Positions 48,301-56,722 of a stretch of DNA of 64,000 nucleotides are shown here, one piece after another (the stretch's first letter is position 1; each line of letters starts with the position of its first letter). The notes beneath the pieces were generated by a model that ran no database searches, was not told where the DNA came from, and was given only the letters and a program-made list of their open reading frames with translations. Position numbers and translations under genes: made by a program. The stretch comes from a virus, in IMG/VR virus record IMGVR_UViG_3300020390_000003, positions 8,458 to 72,457 of that record. The stretch is one strand, 5' to 3'.

Positions 48301-49418
48301 TGATTAAAGCTAACAAAGATGATGAGGAAGAAAAATCTGCTTACGAGATTTGGTTAGAAGCAATGGAAGGTGTTAGTCAATACCAACGCATACAGTATTT
48401 TAATATTGTAGATGGTACCAAAGATGAGAATGGGGAATATCGCGTATGGAAAATTGCAAAAAACCAGCAGCTTGCACCGGTGCTCAACATAGCTGATAAT
48501 GTGTACACGCAATGGGTTTCTGATATCGCCGGTGTAAAACGTAAGGATAGCAATGTGAATTATGCCGAAGCCTGGACCGCTATTCAAAACAACATTATTC
48601 CTTTTGATCTTGAAAAACCGATCACGGGGAATTTAACTAAGACGCCTGTTATTAAAGCTGGATTTACTTATGGTACTGGTCACGATTTTTACCGAGATCA
48701 ACCTTTAACCTTTGATCAAAATCAAGATAATCCGGTAATGGAAGGCGCTCAGGATAAAAATGTAGACGATTTTTATAAAGAGATTGGCCGCGAATACCGT
48801 TTATCTCCGGCACGCTTAAAAGGCGCTGTGGAATCTTTGATCACTACACCACGTACCAATCCTTTTATTGGCGTGCTATATGCCGGTGCAGATGGTATTG
48901 CTTCAGAAGATAAGACCTTGAAGGATATGGCCGGCAAAGTAGGAAAAGATATGTTGAGTTCGTTTGATAAACGCGTGATAAGCCATACCAGCGATTTTAA
49001 TAGACAAATAAACCGACTGCGGCCGGTAGAAGATGATCTTAAAGAGATTAAAACAGTGAATGATTATCGTGAGGTGGATTTAGAAGAATTGACCAAGGAC
49101 CTTTACAACAACAAAGTAAGCATACCTGTTTTCTTGGAGAAATTACAGGAAATGAAACCTACTGAGAAGGAAGCCAAAAAGATTGAAAGCAAGCTAAAAA
49201 GCTTATTCAAGTACAAAGATGTAGATCGCTATGTAATAGGACTTGCTTTTGAGTCTGATCGTGAAGCACGCGCGCTTAAAATCGCTAGGTACTACGGCAA
49301 TGTATTTGACGGAAGCCCTGAGAATGATCGCGTATTCTCGCAAATGGTAGATATGAATGTGCTAGATCCCGAGACGATTGTAGAGTACCAAAAATTGGTT
49401 AACAAAATGAACCAATAA
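42381..49418 (+). CDS. Giant ejection / polyvalent protein with ART-like domain and LPD38-like C-terminus
   Basis: 2345 aa; VYHGT..GKGVYFT..AGYDGIV..YVVFNENQI (about 44743-45117); NPAFALVNTPRD, LLDFNQGG, FIPYINTAVQG, LSPARL. Confidence 0.75.
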   Translation: MQNQNTDPGKKLSPADFAAKIKTKYPQYADIEDGQLIDKITAKYPQYKEQIDFSVKKKEPYKTTATAPKPVSGLETTTQEPAKKDGSLATTPPVEIQQNEKLQTLLSEYDAAKQLTPEDEQEIAQTVEQESTMNFGFFDRMKQAYSVASQANPFLPTYNYQDPNAKLRRKSAEAIARDQEIDVNEVSPEQVNERVMQERTRELAQQKIDNKTEEFIESRSAETQQILNEHFNIKSEKLTNQSKRILLENEDAYKQVEALDAQLESIKANHSKDQEYTEEYYANNQKLVAQRNALVDQIIKRNETLNETNEDLLSTQNEIDLFKRNYGKVYNMLSKFGNATEEMSANLIEFGYRFSTLPLLDNVLPEGTETSIAFDAMMKNIREGIAAEKETLRRPRDLSNLQSAEDFTEWAMDLVAEQTPNTIVMASTGGSSSLAVLGASAGGAKFNEMTEEEKNSLGAVNYTEAQKYLSAMGAFVFEAGSERISLGQIRQAKRVFQTIGRDQLKESASKYLKRQVPEYIQRVTEEGGTEAIAQFSQNLADKYYLGKDIDLMQGVGESFISGAFMSGVIYQAPGIFSGIAKSFSTKDNNQKIGENLAKIKQFNEQLNSELSPEVATKIAAKRDALILQNKNILDKSIADIDELTYEQKQEILDIENQKYKLRQETQRLNEESNLSDDVRKQLIEENAAKIEKLDEQRQGILLEREQNFLSVLPAEEQQALKDQAQRELMAEYEAQGVEEYEISDQEITARAVSLFENQNTETNAETQETTTEETQPEVLPAQDQKSKKIKVYHGTSGDFDRFDFNSESKGFGQQDLGKGVYFTESKERADGYRKNANINNNLPAESGRVMEVSITVNNPIDIASEEYGNLEETYSDKGELSQAIQDAGYDGIVYTVNGKKNYVVFNENQIEYSNESTPAQDPAIDEDVRPEPSQDNNTTENQDVQPTVESEPSTTEAQTTTKRVNPKGVKGEFDVELDTDGEVTRVISVKDGREIPKFTERTNKRTGKKTMVRNANYSRIANEAIGQKTENQLREEAKAKTNVAIDNYTPTNAYEAALDYFARGGNISLASATKETGYTQVEVKWAAGFNKDTDLPSIERAAEGIVAESDLDLDVNEVRNEIIAILQAKQSVSEVQNEIVALQEEANARQNEEELYQYLGTLSEAQLTAYESQVAEDTYLEQLTYEEQIEYYEGQYGTQDQRIEAEIEGNRQTKPESESSPASIQERSRPQGEEESGQSDDAFLKWLNKQSQDLDDFSKGTLGINLPVAVAQGAIKIVRTAYTAGKSASQAIKEALDYIKATDWYKGLSKKEQREVNADLVKRAVVQENMSDEQTFDYIEKEFEEADKALENKQPAKKKRQSLIRKFIQKVSDRQFISKKLVDEVGAQQTKDAMINSHGASGKAKRIFDKAFYQIYSDNLYYNQQGLQGYKYTWKPMSNADRAMLDKIIQLKRFIAIDKNRTEKGLPPVTHPGFINGKMAQKYLNHVKVKLGDEKFADIEKRAAIYFKTYHTLLEEMRKNGLISDAVFESLDGLDYQPRLFLQHITDFEGNVSLGAAQSEKSDTGGLSQDQIKALGEGSSGVLVRNSEWLLATSIVARQRAMAMNTVNKVFMTKEFPAAKKRYQELKKDIKNRKKWSREDERFYTYFTELNSKIKDNPIIKQKKNTEQEVIDGMEPEYIYTRKYDKTPANFKKAYYYENGVRHEFFIEENLHDAWFDNIPGFLNAKAKEFLGYAMGASLLKGIATGNNPAFALVNTPRDYIFNVVFSDQYSSIVPKAMYQVAKDTFKAIREIKRSNGSFGADGSLLDKYIYYGGDMAFLSTQGRLKQNTRLAKTIDKLLTPRVKNIAGTIFKAVTLRKLSEYSEVMFRMALFQRTIKNELDARGLKSMNAVKTQAEKDQIYMRAVAEARSLLDFNQGGSYTKDAEAFIPYINTAVQGTRVAADAFQKNPDKIFFKVMQSAVMLSGASVLGSLALIKANKDDEEEKSAYEIWLEAMEGVSQYQRIQYFNIVDGTKDENGEYRVWKIAKNQQLAPVLNIADNVYTQWVSDIAGVKRKDSNVNYAEAWTAIQNNIIPFDLEKPITGNLTKTPVIKAGFTYGTGHDFYRDQPLTFDQNQDNPVMEGAQDKNVDDFYKEIGREYRLSPARLKGAVESLITTPRTNPFIGVLYAGADGIASEDKTLKDMAGKVGKDMLSSFDKRVISHTSDFNRQINRLRPVEDDLKEIKTVNDYREVDLEELTKDLYNNKVSIPVFLEKLQEMKPTEKEAKKIESKLKSLFKYKDVDRYVIGLAFESDREARALKIARYYGNVFDGSPENDRVFSQMVDMNVLDPETIVEYQKLVNKMNQ

Positions 49419-49427
49419 TATATACTA

Positions 49428-49456
49428 AAAAGGCGATAATTAGTTTTATCGCCTAT
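49428..49456. terminator. Terminator between convergent operons
   Basis: AGGCGATAA/TTATCGCCT stem. Confidence 0.6.
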
Positions 49457-49484
49457 TGGTGTTATAATTCGTATGAGGGTGCAT

Positions 49485-49688
49485 TTACATAAAACAAGGT
49501 TTAGATTCTTGCAAGAATAATATTAGATTTTCAACATCTTTTTTGCTTTTAATAGTCGCTTGTAATTGGATTTCGTCAAGTTTTAAACCATTAAAAACGT
49601 GTTCAAGTCCACTAGAATTAACTGTGCTTTTTTCAATCTCTCTTTTTCCTTTTAAAAATCCTTGAACTTTAAAGTCTTGATTTCTCAT
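49485..49688 (-). CDS. Hypothetical protein
   Basis: ORF in early operon. Confidence 0.55.
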   Translation of the reverse strand: MRNQDFKVQGFLKGKREIEKSTVNSSGLEHVFNGLKLDEIQLQATIKSKKDVENLILFLQESKPCFM

Positions 49689-49691
49689 AAG

Positions 49692-49919
49692 TTATTGCTT
49701 TTCAATATAATTTACTCTAAGGAATTTATGTATAATGCCAGCATCAATGGCGTTAAAATCAAAACTTTGAGAAGAAGTGCCGTCACTATAATAAATTGAC
49801 CATCTAGGGAATTTAAGAACGACTAAATCACTTACCACATTATCATTAAGTGCAGACGCTATCGCTTTTTTCACATCTTCAATATCTTTTTGCCGTTTGA
49901 TTGAATATTGTAAACTCAT
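49692..49919 (-). CDS. Hypothetical protein
   Basis: ORF in early operon. Confidence 0.55.
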   Translation of the reverse strand: MSLQYSIKRQKDIEDVKKAIASALNDNVVSDLVVLKFPRWSIYYSDGTSSQSFDFNAIDAGIIHKFLRVNYIEKQ

Positions 49920-49927
49920 AATTTTCT

Positions 49928-50464
49928 TTATTTAATCCCGGCACAAATCGCACCGTAGTCGGTTAGTTTAATTGGTTGATAAGCATTTTGAAGTAGGTGT
50001 TCTATATTAAACCAATCTTGACCAAATAAAGCAGTTTCAAAATGTACTTGATTAGGATAGTACAATTCGCCGTGATGGATATAAAACCCTTTAAACAACA
50101 CTTTTTCTTCTGCTTGTTGGTAGATTTCATAATATTTATTGTGAAGTTCAAATTCTTGGTAATCATAACCATCGTCATAAGTGGCTCCTGTTTCAGTATT
50201 AAATCTTTCGATTTTGTAATCTGCTAATACAGGCTCGCCTGAAAAAGAATCATCTAAAACATTCCCTTCATCATCACAAGGCACAAACATTCCAAGGGTT
50301 AAAGGTTGTTTTAGAAAGTTGTTGTAACCTGCTATTGATTCTAAAGCGCCTGCTTCACACATACCATATTTATACTTCTGATAGTCGCATTCCACTCTCT
50401 CGCTTAATGATGTTAGTTTATTACTCATTGCATTTCCCTTTAGAGCAATCTGAATATGCGCCAT
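49928..50464 (-). CDS. Conserved Flavobacterium-phage-like hypothetical protein
   Basis: YNNFLKQPLTLGMFVPCDDEGNVL...YQQAEEKVLFKGF; true start probably at MSNKL. Confidence 0.65.
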   Translation of the reverse strand: MAHIQIALKGNAMSNKLTSLSERVECDYQKYKYGMCEAGALESIAGYNNFLKQPLTLGMFVPCDDEGNVLDDSFSGEPVLADYKIERFNTETGATYDDGYDYQEFELHNKYYEIYQQAEEKVLFKGFYIHHGELYYPNQVHFETALFGQDWFNIEHLLQNAYQPIKLTDYGAICAGIK

Positions 50465-50639
50465 ATTCTCTTGCTTGCGTTTCTTTAATCGTTTCTAATT
50501 TCACCTCAAAACCTTCATTGGTTAAGTCGGTAAATTCTTTTTCGGTTTCCTCGTCTAAGCAATCTACGTGACAAGCTAAAGTAAAGCCCTTGCATTTGGG
50601 GCAAATTGCTACTTTAGATACGTTTCCCTCGGTTCTCAT
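50421..50639 (-). CDS. Small zinc-binding protein
   Basis: CPKC...C. Confidence 0.55.
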   Translation of the reverse strand: MRTEGNVSKVAICPKCKGFTLACHVDCLDEETEKEFTDLTNEGFEVKLETIKETQAREYGAYSDCSKGKCNE

Positions 50640-50649
50640 AAATTATCTG

Positions 50650-50916
50650 TTATTTAATAGTGTCTATTTGTAATATTTTAAAATCTCTCACGCCACATTT
50701 TAAGGTATTTACGCTACCAGTAACAAATGTTTGTTTGAGACAACCATCTTTATTATAAAAAATGTTTGGGTAAGCTGGATAAGAATAAAGTACAGTGTCT
50801 TTTTCACCATTAAAATATTCTACACTGATTCTATATTTTACCACGTGCATCGGTCTATTTTCACACGCCAAAAGCATACTTAATGCCATAATATAAAAGA
50901 CAAAATATTTTACCAT
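50650..50916 (-). CDS. Small lipoprotein
   Basis: Lipobox LLAC. Confidence 0.6.
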   Translation of the reverse strand: MVKYFVFYIMALSMLLACENRPMHVVKYRISVEYFNGEKDTVLYSYPAYPNIFYNKDGCLKQTFVTGSVNTLKCGVRDFKILQIDTIK

Positions 50917-50918
50917 TA

Positions 50919-51254
50919 CTATCTGTTTTTACGTTTTTTGGCGCGTCTCTCGCGTCTTGTTTCTTTAATTCTTGTAGGTCTAAATTCACGCGGTATGGTC
51001 ATTAAAGTAGGAGTCAAATCTTCTAAAAAACTAGGTATCGGTGGTGGTTGATCTTTAAGTTTGTTAAACATATCTTGTAAAGCATCAACATCTAAGTCGT
51101 TAATATTTTCTGCGGTGACAATACTTAAACCACGCTTAGCAGCCAGTGCATGTAATGCAGCTAAATTACCGTGATTTCCGCAGCCCACAACAAGGATATC
51201 TTTTGGCTTATCTTCCGGAGCGACTGGTTCGGTGTTTTTAAATTCTGAGGCCAT
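50919..51254 (-). CDS. Hypothetical protein
   Basis: ORF in operon. Confidence 0.6.
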   Translation of the reverse strand: MASEFKNTEPVAPEDKPKDILVVGCGNHGNLAALHALAAKRGLSIVTAENINDLDVDALQDMFNKLKDQPPPIPSFLEDLTPTLMTIPREFRPTRIKETRRERRAKKRKNR

Positions 51255-51829
51255 TATTCAAGTGATTTTAATTCGTTAGTAAGATGTTGTACTCGGTCCT
51301 CATACATTTTCATTCGGTCTTTTGCTTTTTGCAAATCACGTTTTCTATCCTCAACAATTTCTTTCATATTTTCAACACCTCCCTTACTGTCACTCAGCCC
51401 TTTTTCTAACGCTTCTTTTGCCGTAGGAAAGTGTGTGTTTTCATACATACAAATTCCGTTATCATCAGTATTTGGCCATCCATATTCATCGGTCACACTC
51501 TCAACTAACTTTCCTTGATATACTGTAAAAACAGGAAGTGGATTTTCTATATGATCGCGACCTTCTATGATTTCTTTAATCGCTCCTGATACAATCAATT
51601 CGTGCAGCTTATCCCAAATAAATAGCAGTTCTTCATTTCCTCTTTGCTCTAAATACGCACGGCCTTTATTCCACGTATCAAGCGAGTATTTCACTTTTAA
51701 AGTTTCCTTATCTACCTTGATTAAATCGTGGCACATTGGAGATCCTACCGCGATATACCCCTCGTTATTAGATATTGAATAGCCGGTGTCGTTGAGCAGT
51801 TTTCTTAATAGTCTGGCTTTCATAAGCAC
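51254..51829 (-). CDS. Hypothetical protein
   Basis: ORF in operon. Confidence 0.65.
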   Translation of the reverse strand: MLMKARLLRKLLNDTGYSISNNEGYIAVGSPMCHDLIKVDKETLKVKYSLDTWNKGRAYLEQRGNEELLFIWDKLHELIVSGAIKEIIEGRDHIENPLPVFTVYQGKLVESVTDEYGWPNTDDNGICMYENTHFPTAKEALEKGLSDSKGGVENMKEIVEDRKRDLQKAKDRMKMYEDRVQHLTNELKSLE

Positions 51830-52176
51830 TACTTGATTATTAAATGATCAAAATGATATTTTTCTTGAATGTAAGATTTGAGAATTTTCAATTGCCTTTC
51901 TGATAAAAACACATCTTCATTGATTGTCACTTCGCATATTTTACCTTCTCGCATTTCGCTCCACGGGGCAGAACGACCATCACCACCTAGAATAAATTCA
52001 TAATCTCCTATATGTTCATAGACCGTAAAAAATGAAGCAGGTGTTGCAAACAAATCATCTATATCTGGCTGGGTTTTATTGCATAAAACAGCTATTTCAT
52101 CGGTTATTTCAGAAAGCTTAGTAGCATATTCTTCACGCTGTTTTTTATAGTATTGTATTGTCTCTTTTAAGTTCAT
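51829..52176 (-). CDS. Hypothetical protein
   Basis: ORF in operon. Confidence 0.6.
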   Translation of the reverse strand: MNLKETIQYYKKQREEYATKLSEITDEIAVLCNKTQPDIDDLFATPASFFTVYEHIGDYEFILGGDGRSAPWSEMREGKICEVTINEDVFLSERQLKILKSYIQEKYHFDHLIIK

Positions 52177-52177
52177 C

Positions 52178-52987
52178 CTACTTGATTTTATTAATGATTT
52201 GATCTACATTTTTGTACTCTTTGAATAAGCGTTCAAGGCTTATTTCTTTACAAGCAAGCACTACTTTTTTTGAAGGTTTACCGTTAACCGTGATATCATA
52301 CAAGGCACGTTCTACCTGTGTTAACGCTGCTTTTTGACGTTCAAGCAAGCGTTTTTCAGCAAGTGCTTTAACACGCTCTTTCACTTTTAGGTCTGTGGGC
52401 ATAATCCCGTGCTCGTCTAAAAAATCGTAGAGGTAAATGCGTCCGGGAGCAATGCTTTGTGTGTCTTGATATTCTTGATGCGCAGCACGAAGTCCGTTTA
52501 AAATGATTTCACGCTTTTGGCTTTCGGTTAATTCCGGAAGTTGGTTGGTTACAGGTTTTGAAATGGAAATATTATTATCCTGACGGGTTTTTAGTAGCCA
52601 TTTTTTATATTGATCCAATACTTTTGAAACGTATTCTGCATTAAAAAGCTGAAAGTGTTGTATGCGTTCACCATAAACACCGTATCGCTCAAGCTTAAAA
52701 GCATAATCAATTTCTTCAATGGAAATGTTTTTAAAACGAACCAAAATCATTTCCTTGATATCTTGTTTGTTGATATCGCTAATAGGGTCTTTCAAACCGG
52801 TAAGGTTTGCGGCTTTTACAAAAACCATCCCGAGCAGACCTCCTAACTGATCAAGAGGTATATTCTTGACTTTATCAAAATCAATAACTTTTCTAGCAAA
52901 AGCCACTTCAGTCAAACTACCAGCCTTGGCTATTCTGTTTGATAGTTTCTGCTGACTGACGGTTAATTGTTGGTTCTGATTTTCCAT
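52178..52987 (-). CDS. Replication-associated protein (possible helicase loader)
   Basis: Overlaps initiator gene; ISIEEIDYAFKL...FNAEYVSKVL..Y. Confidence 0.5.
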   Translation of the reverse strand: MENQNQQLTVSQQKLSNRIAKAGSLTEVAFARKVIDFDKVKNIPLDQLGGLLGMVFVKAANLTGLKDPISDINKQDIKEMILVRFKNISIEEIDYAFKLERYGVYGERIQHFQLFNAEYVSKVLDQYKKWLLKTRQDNNISISKPVTNQLPELTESQKREIILNGLRAAHQEYQDTQSIAPGRIYLYDFLDEHGIMPTDLKVKERVKALAEKRLLERQKAALTQVERALYDITVNGKPSKKVVLACKEISLERLFKEYKNVDQIINKIK

Positions 52988-53639
52988 TGCGATCTGATTT
53001 TAAATAAGGCAAAGTGTTGAGTAAGGTTGTTTTCCAGTTTTTAATCGGGGTTAGCTTTTTACCAGACTTCCATCCTGCTTCTTGCCAAGCCCGGTATTTA
53101 AGTCTGACTTTTGATTCATCTGCTTGCACTTCGTTAGCGAAGGCATACTCTATAAATTCTTCTTCGGTTGGTATTTTAATTTTTTTTGGTTTTGATTTTT
53201 CTGTTTTTTCCCCCACACCCCCTTTTTCTTTATCTTCTACTTCTACTCCAACCACAACTCCTACCACAAGCTTCAGTGAAGCTTGATTCAAGCTTGGATT
53301 AAGCTTAACATCGTTTTTTAATAATGCTCTAAAAACAGGCTTATGAGGGTTATAATCGCTGTTCAATTTTTGAAGGTCGCATTGATTGATGGCAATAAAA
53401 TCTTTAATCAAAATCAATTCTTTTTCGTGCGAAATTTCTAAAAGATCACCGAGGTTTTTTTCAAGATTTTCTAAGTCTAAATCAAAGCCATTTTCAAACT
53501 CAAACAAGTCCTCATCAATTTCCCAAACTCCTGCAGGATCACAATTGTTCCAGATGTAATACCAAGCTAGCTTTAAGCTTGGATTAAGCTTGCGGAAAGA
53601 TTTAGGAAGTATGCTGTTATCAATAAATCTTTTACTCAT
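52917..53639 (-). CDS. Replication initiator protein
   Basis: KRFIDNSI..., CDPAGVWEID N-terminus; K-rich linker; PTEEE...GWKSGK..IKNWKT C-terminus. Confidence 0.7.
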   Translation of the reverse strand: MSKRFIDNSILPKSFRKLNPSLKLAWYYIWNNCDPAGVWEIDEDLFEFENGFDLDLENLEKNLGDLLEISHEKELILIKDFIAINQCDLQKLNSDYNPHKPVFRALLKNDVKLNPSLNQASLKLVVGVVVGVEVEDKEKGGVGEKTEKSKPKKIKIPTEEEFIEYAFANEVQADESKVRLKYRAWQEAGWKSGKKLTPIKNWKTTLLNTLPYLKSDRNGKSEPTINRQSAETIKQNSQGW

Positions 53640-53989
53640 AATCGTTTATATAAATCGTTTCGATCTGCGGCATCCCAGGCGCGTTCTGCAAGTATTTTTT
53701 GGGTGCGTAATTGATCTTGTAGGGTGTTATCTTCTTCGGTGCATTTATCTATCATTTGCAGCCTTGTATTGGCGTCAAAATGTTTTGATAACAGGAGCCA
53801 TCCTTTTTTTGTGACGCGATACATAATACACCGTACACCGGCCGCATTTTTATACCGGCTTATGTTCCATAAATGGTTGTATTTACGCCCGGGAATAGCC
53901 TCTTGTGCTTCCCGTAGATAGCGCAATACTTCTGCGTGGGTTTTATTACCCAGCCGCGCGATTTCTAATGTGGTGGTGAGGGTGTTCAT
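53636..53989 (-). CDS. Rha-like regulatory protein
   Basis: TTLEIARLGNKTHAEVLR..R...SRYKNAAG...MYRVTKKG. Confidence 0.7.
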   Translation of the reverse strand: MNTLTTTLEIARLGNKTHAEVLRYLREAQEAIPGRKYNHLWNISRYKNAAGVRCIMYRVTKKGWLLLSKHFDANTRLQMIDKCTEEDNTLQDQLRTQKILAERAWDAADRNDLYKRL

Positions 53990-54036
53990 AAGTGTAGAAA
54001 TAAATAAGGCCCTGCTAGGGGTACAGGACCTTGATT

Positions 54037-54759
54037 TTAGTGATAGATTACTGTCACAAATTCTTTGATCTTATCTACTTCTTCTTCAACTCGCTGAGCA
54101 AAAAGTTCTTCGATCATTTCTGAAGCATCAATGCTTTCTAAGTAGCAAACAATTTGGTTAGAGCCATTTGCTTCGAGAATAACATTAACTTCAAATTCTA
54201 CAGGATCTTCCCCTTCAAGTAGTGGTAACTTTAAAGTGATTGCATCCGGCATATTACTTTCAACGGTCTGTTTGAAATTATCACTCACATTGCCACGTCT
54301 ATCATCTAATTGCTCTATGGTTCTATTGATATCCGCTTTTAGATTACGAAGTGTAGCGCAAATGGTGGCGTGTTCCATTTTTTTTGCGAAAATTGAACGT
54401 AAAAGCTTCAGCTTATTAGCAAGTTCTTCCGGATTGTAACCTTTTTCAGAATTGATACCTAAAGCTTCAAACTTTTTACCTATTTCAATCTTACCGGAAA
54501 CAGTGTATTTATCTACCACTGATTGTTCATTAAGATGCAGGACTATGGTTCCGTCTGTTTTGGAAACCATACAATGGCGCTGGCTATTAGCAAAATCATT
54601 TTTACGTCCTTCAATAAATAGACTTGGAGCATCAATATTACCTGATATTGAAACCGGTTGAGGATTATGCTGTTTTGGGGCATCACCTCTTAGAATTGTT
54701 AAATGTGCAATTTCATTTTCAACTGCAGCTTTTTCTAAATGTTTGTTTTCGTCCGACAT
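54037..54759 (-). CDS. Conserved phage protein (YfdQ/DUF2303-like)
   Basis: VSISGNIDAP..F, ESNMPDAITLKLPLLEG. Confidence 0.5.
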   Translation of the reverse strand: MSDENKHLEKAAVENEIAHLTILRGDAPKQHNPQPVSISGNIDAPSLFIEGRKNDFANSQRHCMVSKTDGTIVLHLNEQSVVDKYTVSGKIEIGKKFEALGINSEKGYNPEELANKLKLLRSIFAKKMEHATICATLRNLKADINRTIEQLDDRRGNVSDNFKQTVESNMPDAITLKLPLLEGEDPVEFEVNVILEANGSNQIVCYLESIDASEMIEELFAQRVEEEVDKIKEFVTVIYH

Positions 54760-54764
54760 GGTGT

Positions 54765-55199
54765 TTACGAGTTAATGGTTTTTAATCGGGTTTGTCTTTC
54801 CTCACGGGTAAGTGCTCGTGCATCTACGCATACGCCGGTTTCGTCAAATATGTACATCATACCAGCTTCTTGATCATCTACGCCGTAGAGCATTCCGTAA
54901 CGTTGTTCTGAACGGAATTTAATAGCCGTCATAAGTTGCTTAGCGTGTTCTTCTTTTGGCTTTAAGCGCAGTTTGATTTCATCCAAAAAATCCTTTTTTT
55001 CATCTTTGATTTCTGAAATCTCTAAACCTACTTCTGCATATTCTTCCTTTCGATCAAGGAGTTCATCTTCAGTAAGTGTTTTGGTGTAATTTTTTTCCTT
55101 GCCTTCATAGCAAATACCGGCGAGGTTGTCTTTTCTTTCTTGAGGTGTAAGCTTCGCAAAGGAAGGGTCATACAGTTCTCCAATTTTAAATCCTGACAT
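54765..55199 (-). CDS. Conserved phage protein (coiled coil)
   Basis: Paired with the previous gene; ends DARALTREERQ. Confidence 0.6.
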   Translation of the reverse strand: MSGFKIGELYDPSFAKLTPQERKDNLAGICYEGKEKNYTKTLTEDELLDRKEEYAEVGLEISEIKDEKKDFLDEIKLRLKPKEEHAKQLMTAIKFRSEQRYGMLYGVDDQEAGMMYIFDETGVCVDARALTREERQTRLKTINS

Positions 55200-55251
55200 A
55201 ATAAAGATTAGCGATTAACCTGTTATCGCGAGGTTTCGTTACTAAAGCGGT

Positions 55252-55364
55252 AAAAAAAAAGCCCGTACTTATTGAATCGGCTAGAGACAAGGAAAGAGTA
55301 CGGGCAATTTTTCGGGTGTTATCCCTAAATATCGTTATGTAATTCTCTAGCCGCATCAAATATA
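55252..55364 (-). promoter_or_regulatory. Promoter plus attenuator-like leader
   Basis: TATATTTG (-) 55357-55364; terminator stem GCCCGTACT/AGTACGGGC with U9; loop complementary to the 5' leader. Confidence 0.6.
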
Positions 55365-55402
55365 TAAATAAAATATAAATTAGTATATACTTGATATAAT
55401 AT

Positions 55403-55630
55403 TTAAGGCAAATTTTTTTCTATGAATTTGCGTTCGCTTGGGGTGAGGTTAACAAGTGAATGAATATGATTGTTTTTGAGTTCGATCTTTATTTCTTGAT
55501 ACGCAGTAGGGCTCAACTCTCTAAATATGAAGTACACGCGCGGAAGCGTTAAATGCTCCACGATATAAAAATCAGGATCTACTTCCCAATTAAATTTGTA
55601 TTCTTGTTCTTGTTTTGAGCTTAACGGCAT
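55403..55630 (-). CDS. Hypothetical protein
   Basis: ORF in operon. Confidence 0.55.
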   Translation of the reverse strand: MPLSSKQEQEYKFNWEVDPDFYIVEHLTLPRVYFIFRELSPTAYQEIKIELKNNHIHSLVNLTPSERKFIEKNLP

Positions 55631-55640
55631 TATACTATTG

Positions 55641-56213
55641 TTATATTAATTCTGGGTTTTCGTGAATGTTTCCGATTATTTTTACTCCCGATAAATCCTC
55701 AAACATCTCATCTAAGTTTTCATACTTGGATTCAGACAGCAAGTAATCTAAATCTTCTTTAGCTTGTGAATATTCAAAATCAAAAATGTCCCTATTTTTT
55801 TTTAGGTCCAAAGCGTGTAAAGCAGATTCTTCATCCCAAATATTTTCAATATTCCTATTTAAAGGGGCTAAATGATCACCAAAATCAATTTGAAACATTG
55901 CATCTTGCAAAACAATAATACCTTGATTGTAGTTAAGTGTGCATCCAATAGGTTCTGTGTATGACCCATTAGGTATGTTGTCTCCTGTATGAGTTTGATA
56001 TTCTATTTCAATAGAAGGTATTACAACTACATCCCCCTCATAAACAGCAACACGGTTTTTGTCTGGAAAGCCTGTAAACTGTTCCGCGACAATTTGACTA
56101 TCCTCACCACTGAATATTTTAGATATTAAAACGCTAGGATTTTTACTCAGTGCGTCAATATCATAAATGAATTTTTTGCTTGGTTTTTCCCAAAATCTAA
56201 ACTTAATATTCAT
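55641..56213 (-). CDS. YopX family protein
   Basis: IKFRFW...QFTGFPDKNRVAVYEGDVV...IIGNIHENPELI. Confidence 0.88.
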   Translation of the reverse strand: MNIKFRFWEKPSKKFIYDIDALSKNPSVLISKIFSGEDSQIVAEQFTGFPDKNRVAVYEGDVVVIPSIEIEYQTHTGDNIPNGSYTEPIGCTLNYNQGIIVLQDAMFQIDFGDHLAPLNRNIENIWDEESALHALDLKKNRDIFDFEYSQAKEDLDYLLSESKYENLDEMFEDLSGVKIIGNIHENPELI

Positions 56214-56237
56214 AACTTATTGGTTTTTAGTTAATTA

Positions 56238-56618
56238 TCAGAAGGGCAAATCATCGTGATCATCATCCTCAAAATCTTCGGCCGGTGGTTCGGGAGCGTT
56301 GTTTTGCTGCGCTTGGTAATTATCAACTGCAGATTGTGATTGTGGCTGCTCGTCTGATAGGTTTATTTTCCAACCTTGAGCGTTTAGATAATACTTGCCG
56401 TTGTACTCATTCCCTCTAAGATTTATACCAATTGTTACATCTTGGCCTTCCATATAGCCATTTAGGATTTCGCATTTGTCTTTAATGAAGTCTATGGGTA
56501 TTTTCTGAGGGTATTGCTCACTCGTCTCAACGACTACCGTTCGTTTTTTAAATCCGCTTGCGAAAGTCTGTGTCTCGTCAATAAGGATTATTGTGCCTTG
56601 AATGTTTGTTGATTCCAT
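56238..56618 (-). CDS. DUF3127 family single-stranded DNA-binding protein
   Basis: FASGFKKR.VV..SEQYPQ...INLRGNEYNGKYY...GWKI; acidic DDLPF tail. Confidence 0.88.
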   Translation of the reverse strand: MESTNIQGTIILIDETQTFASGFKKRTVVVETSEQYPQKIPIDFIKDKCEILNGYMEGQDVTIGINLRGNEYNGKYYLNAQGWKINLSDEQPQSQSAVDNYQAQQNNAPEPPAEDFEDDDHDDLPF

Positions 56619-56722
56619 TTTAATCTTTATTAAAAATTATGTCTAAAACGCACAGAATAAAAAATGATATTGCTGCGGCCGTCCACGGGTGATTTTCAAT
56701 TGCTGTAAAAAAATCGCACATA

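Noticed and set aside
42381-49418. Virion RNA polymerase as in crAss-like phages
   Set aside because: No DxDxD catalytic motif in a double-psi-barrel context was recognised
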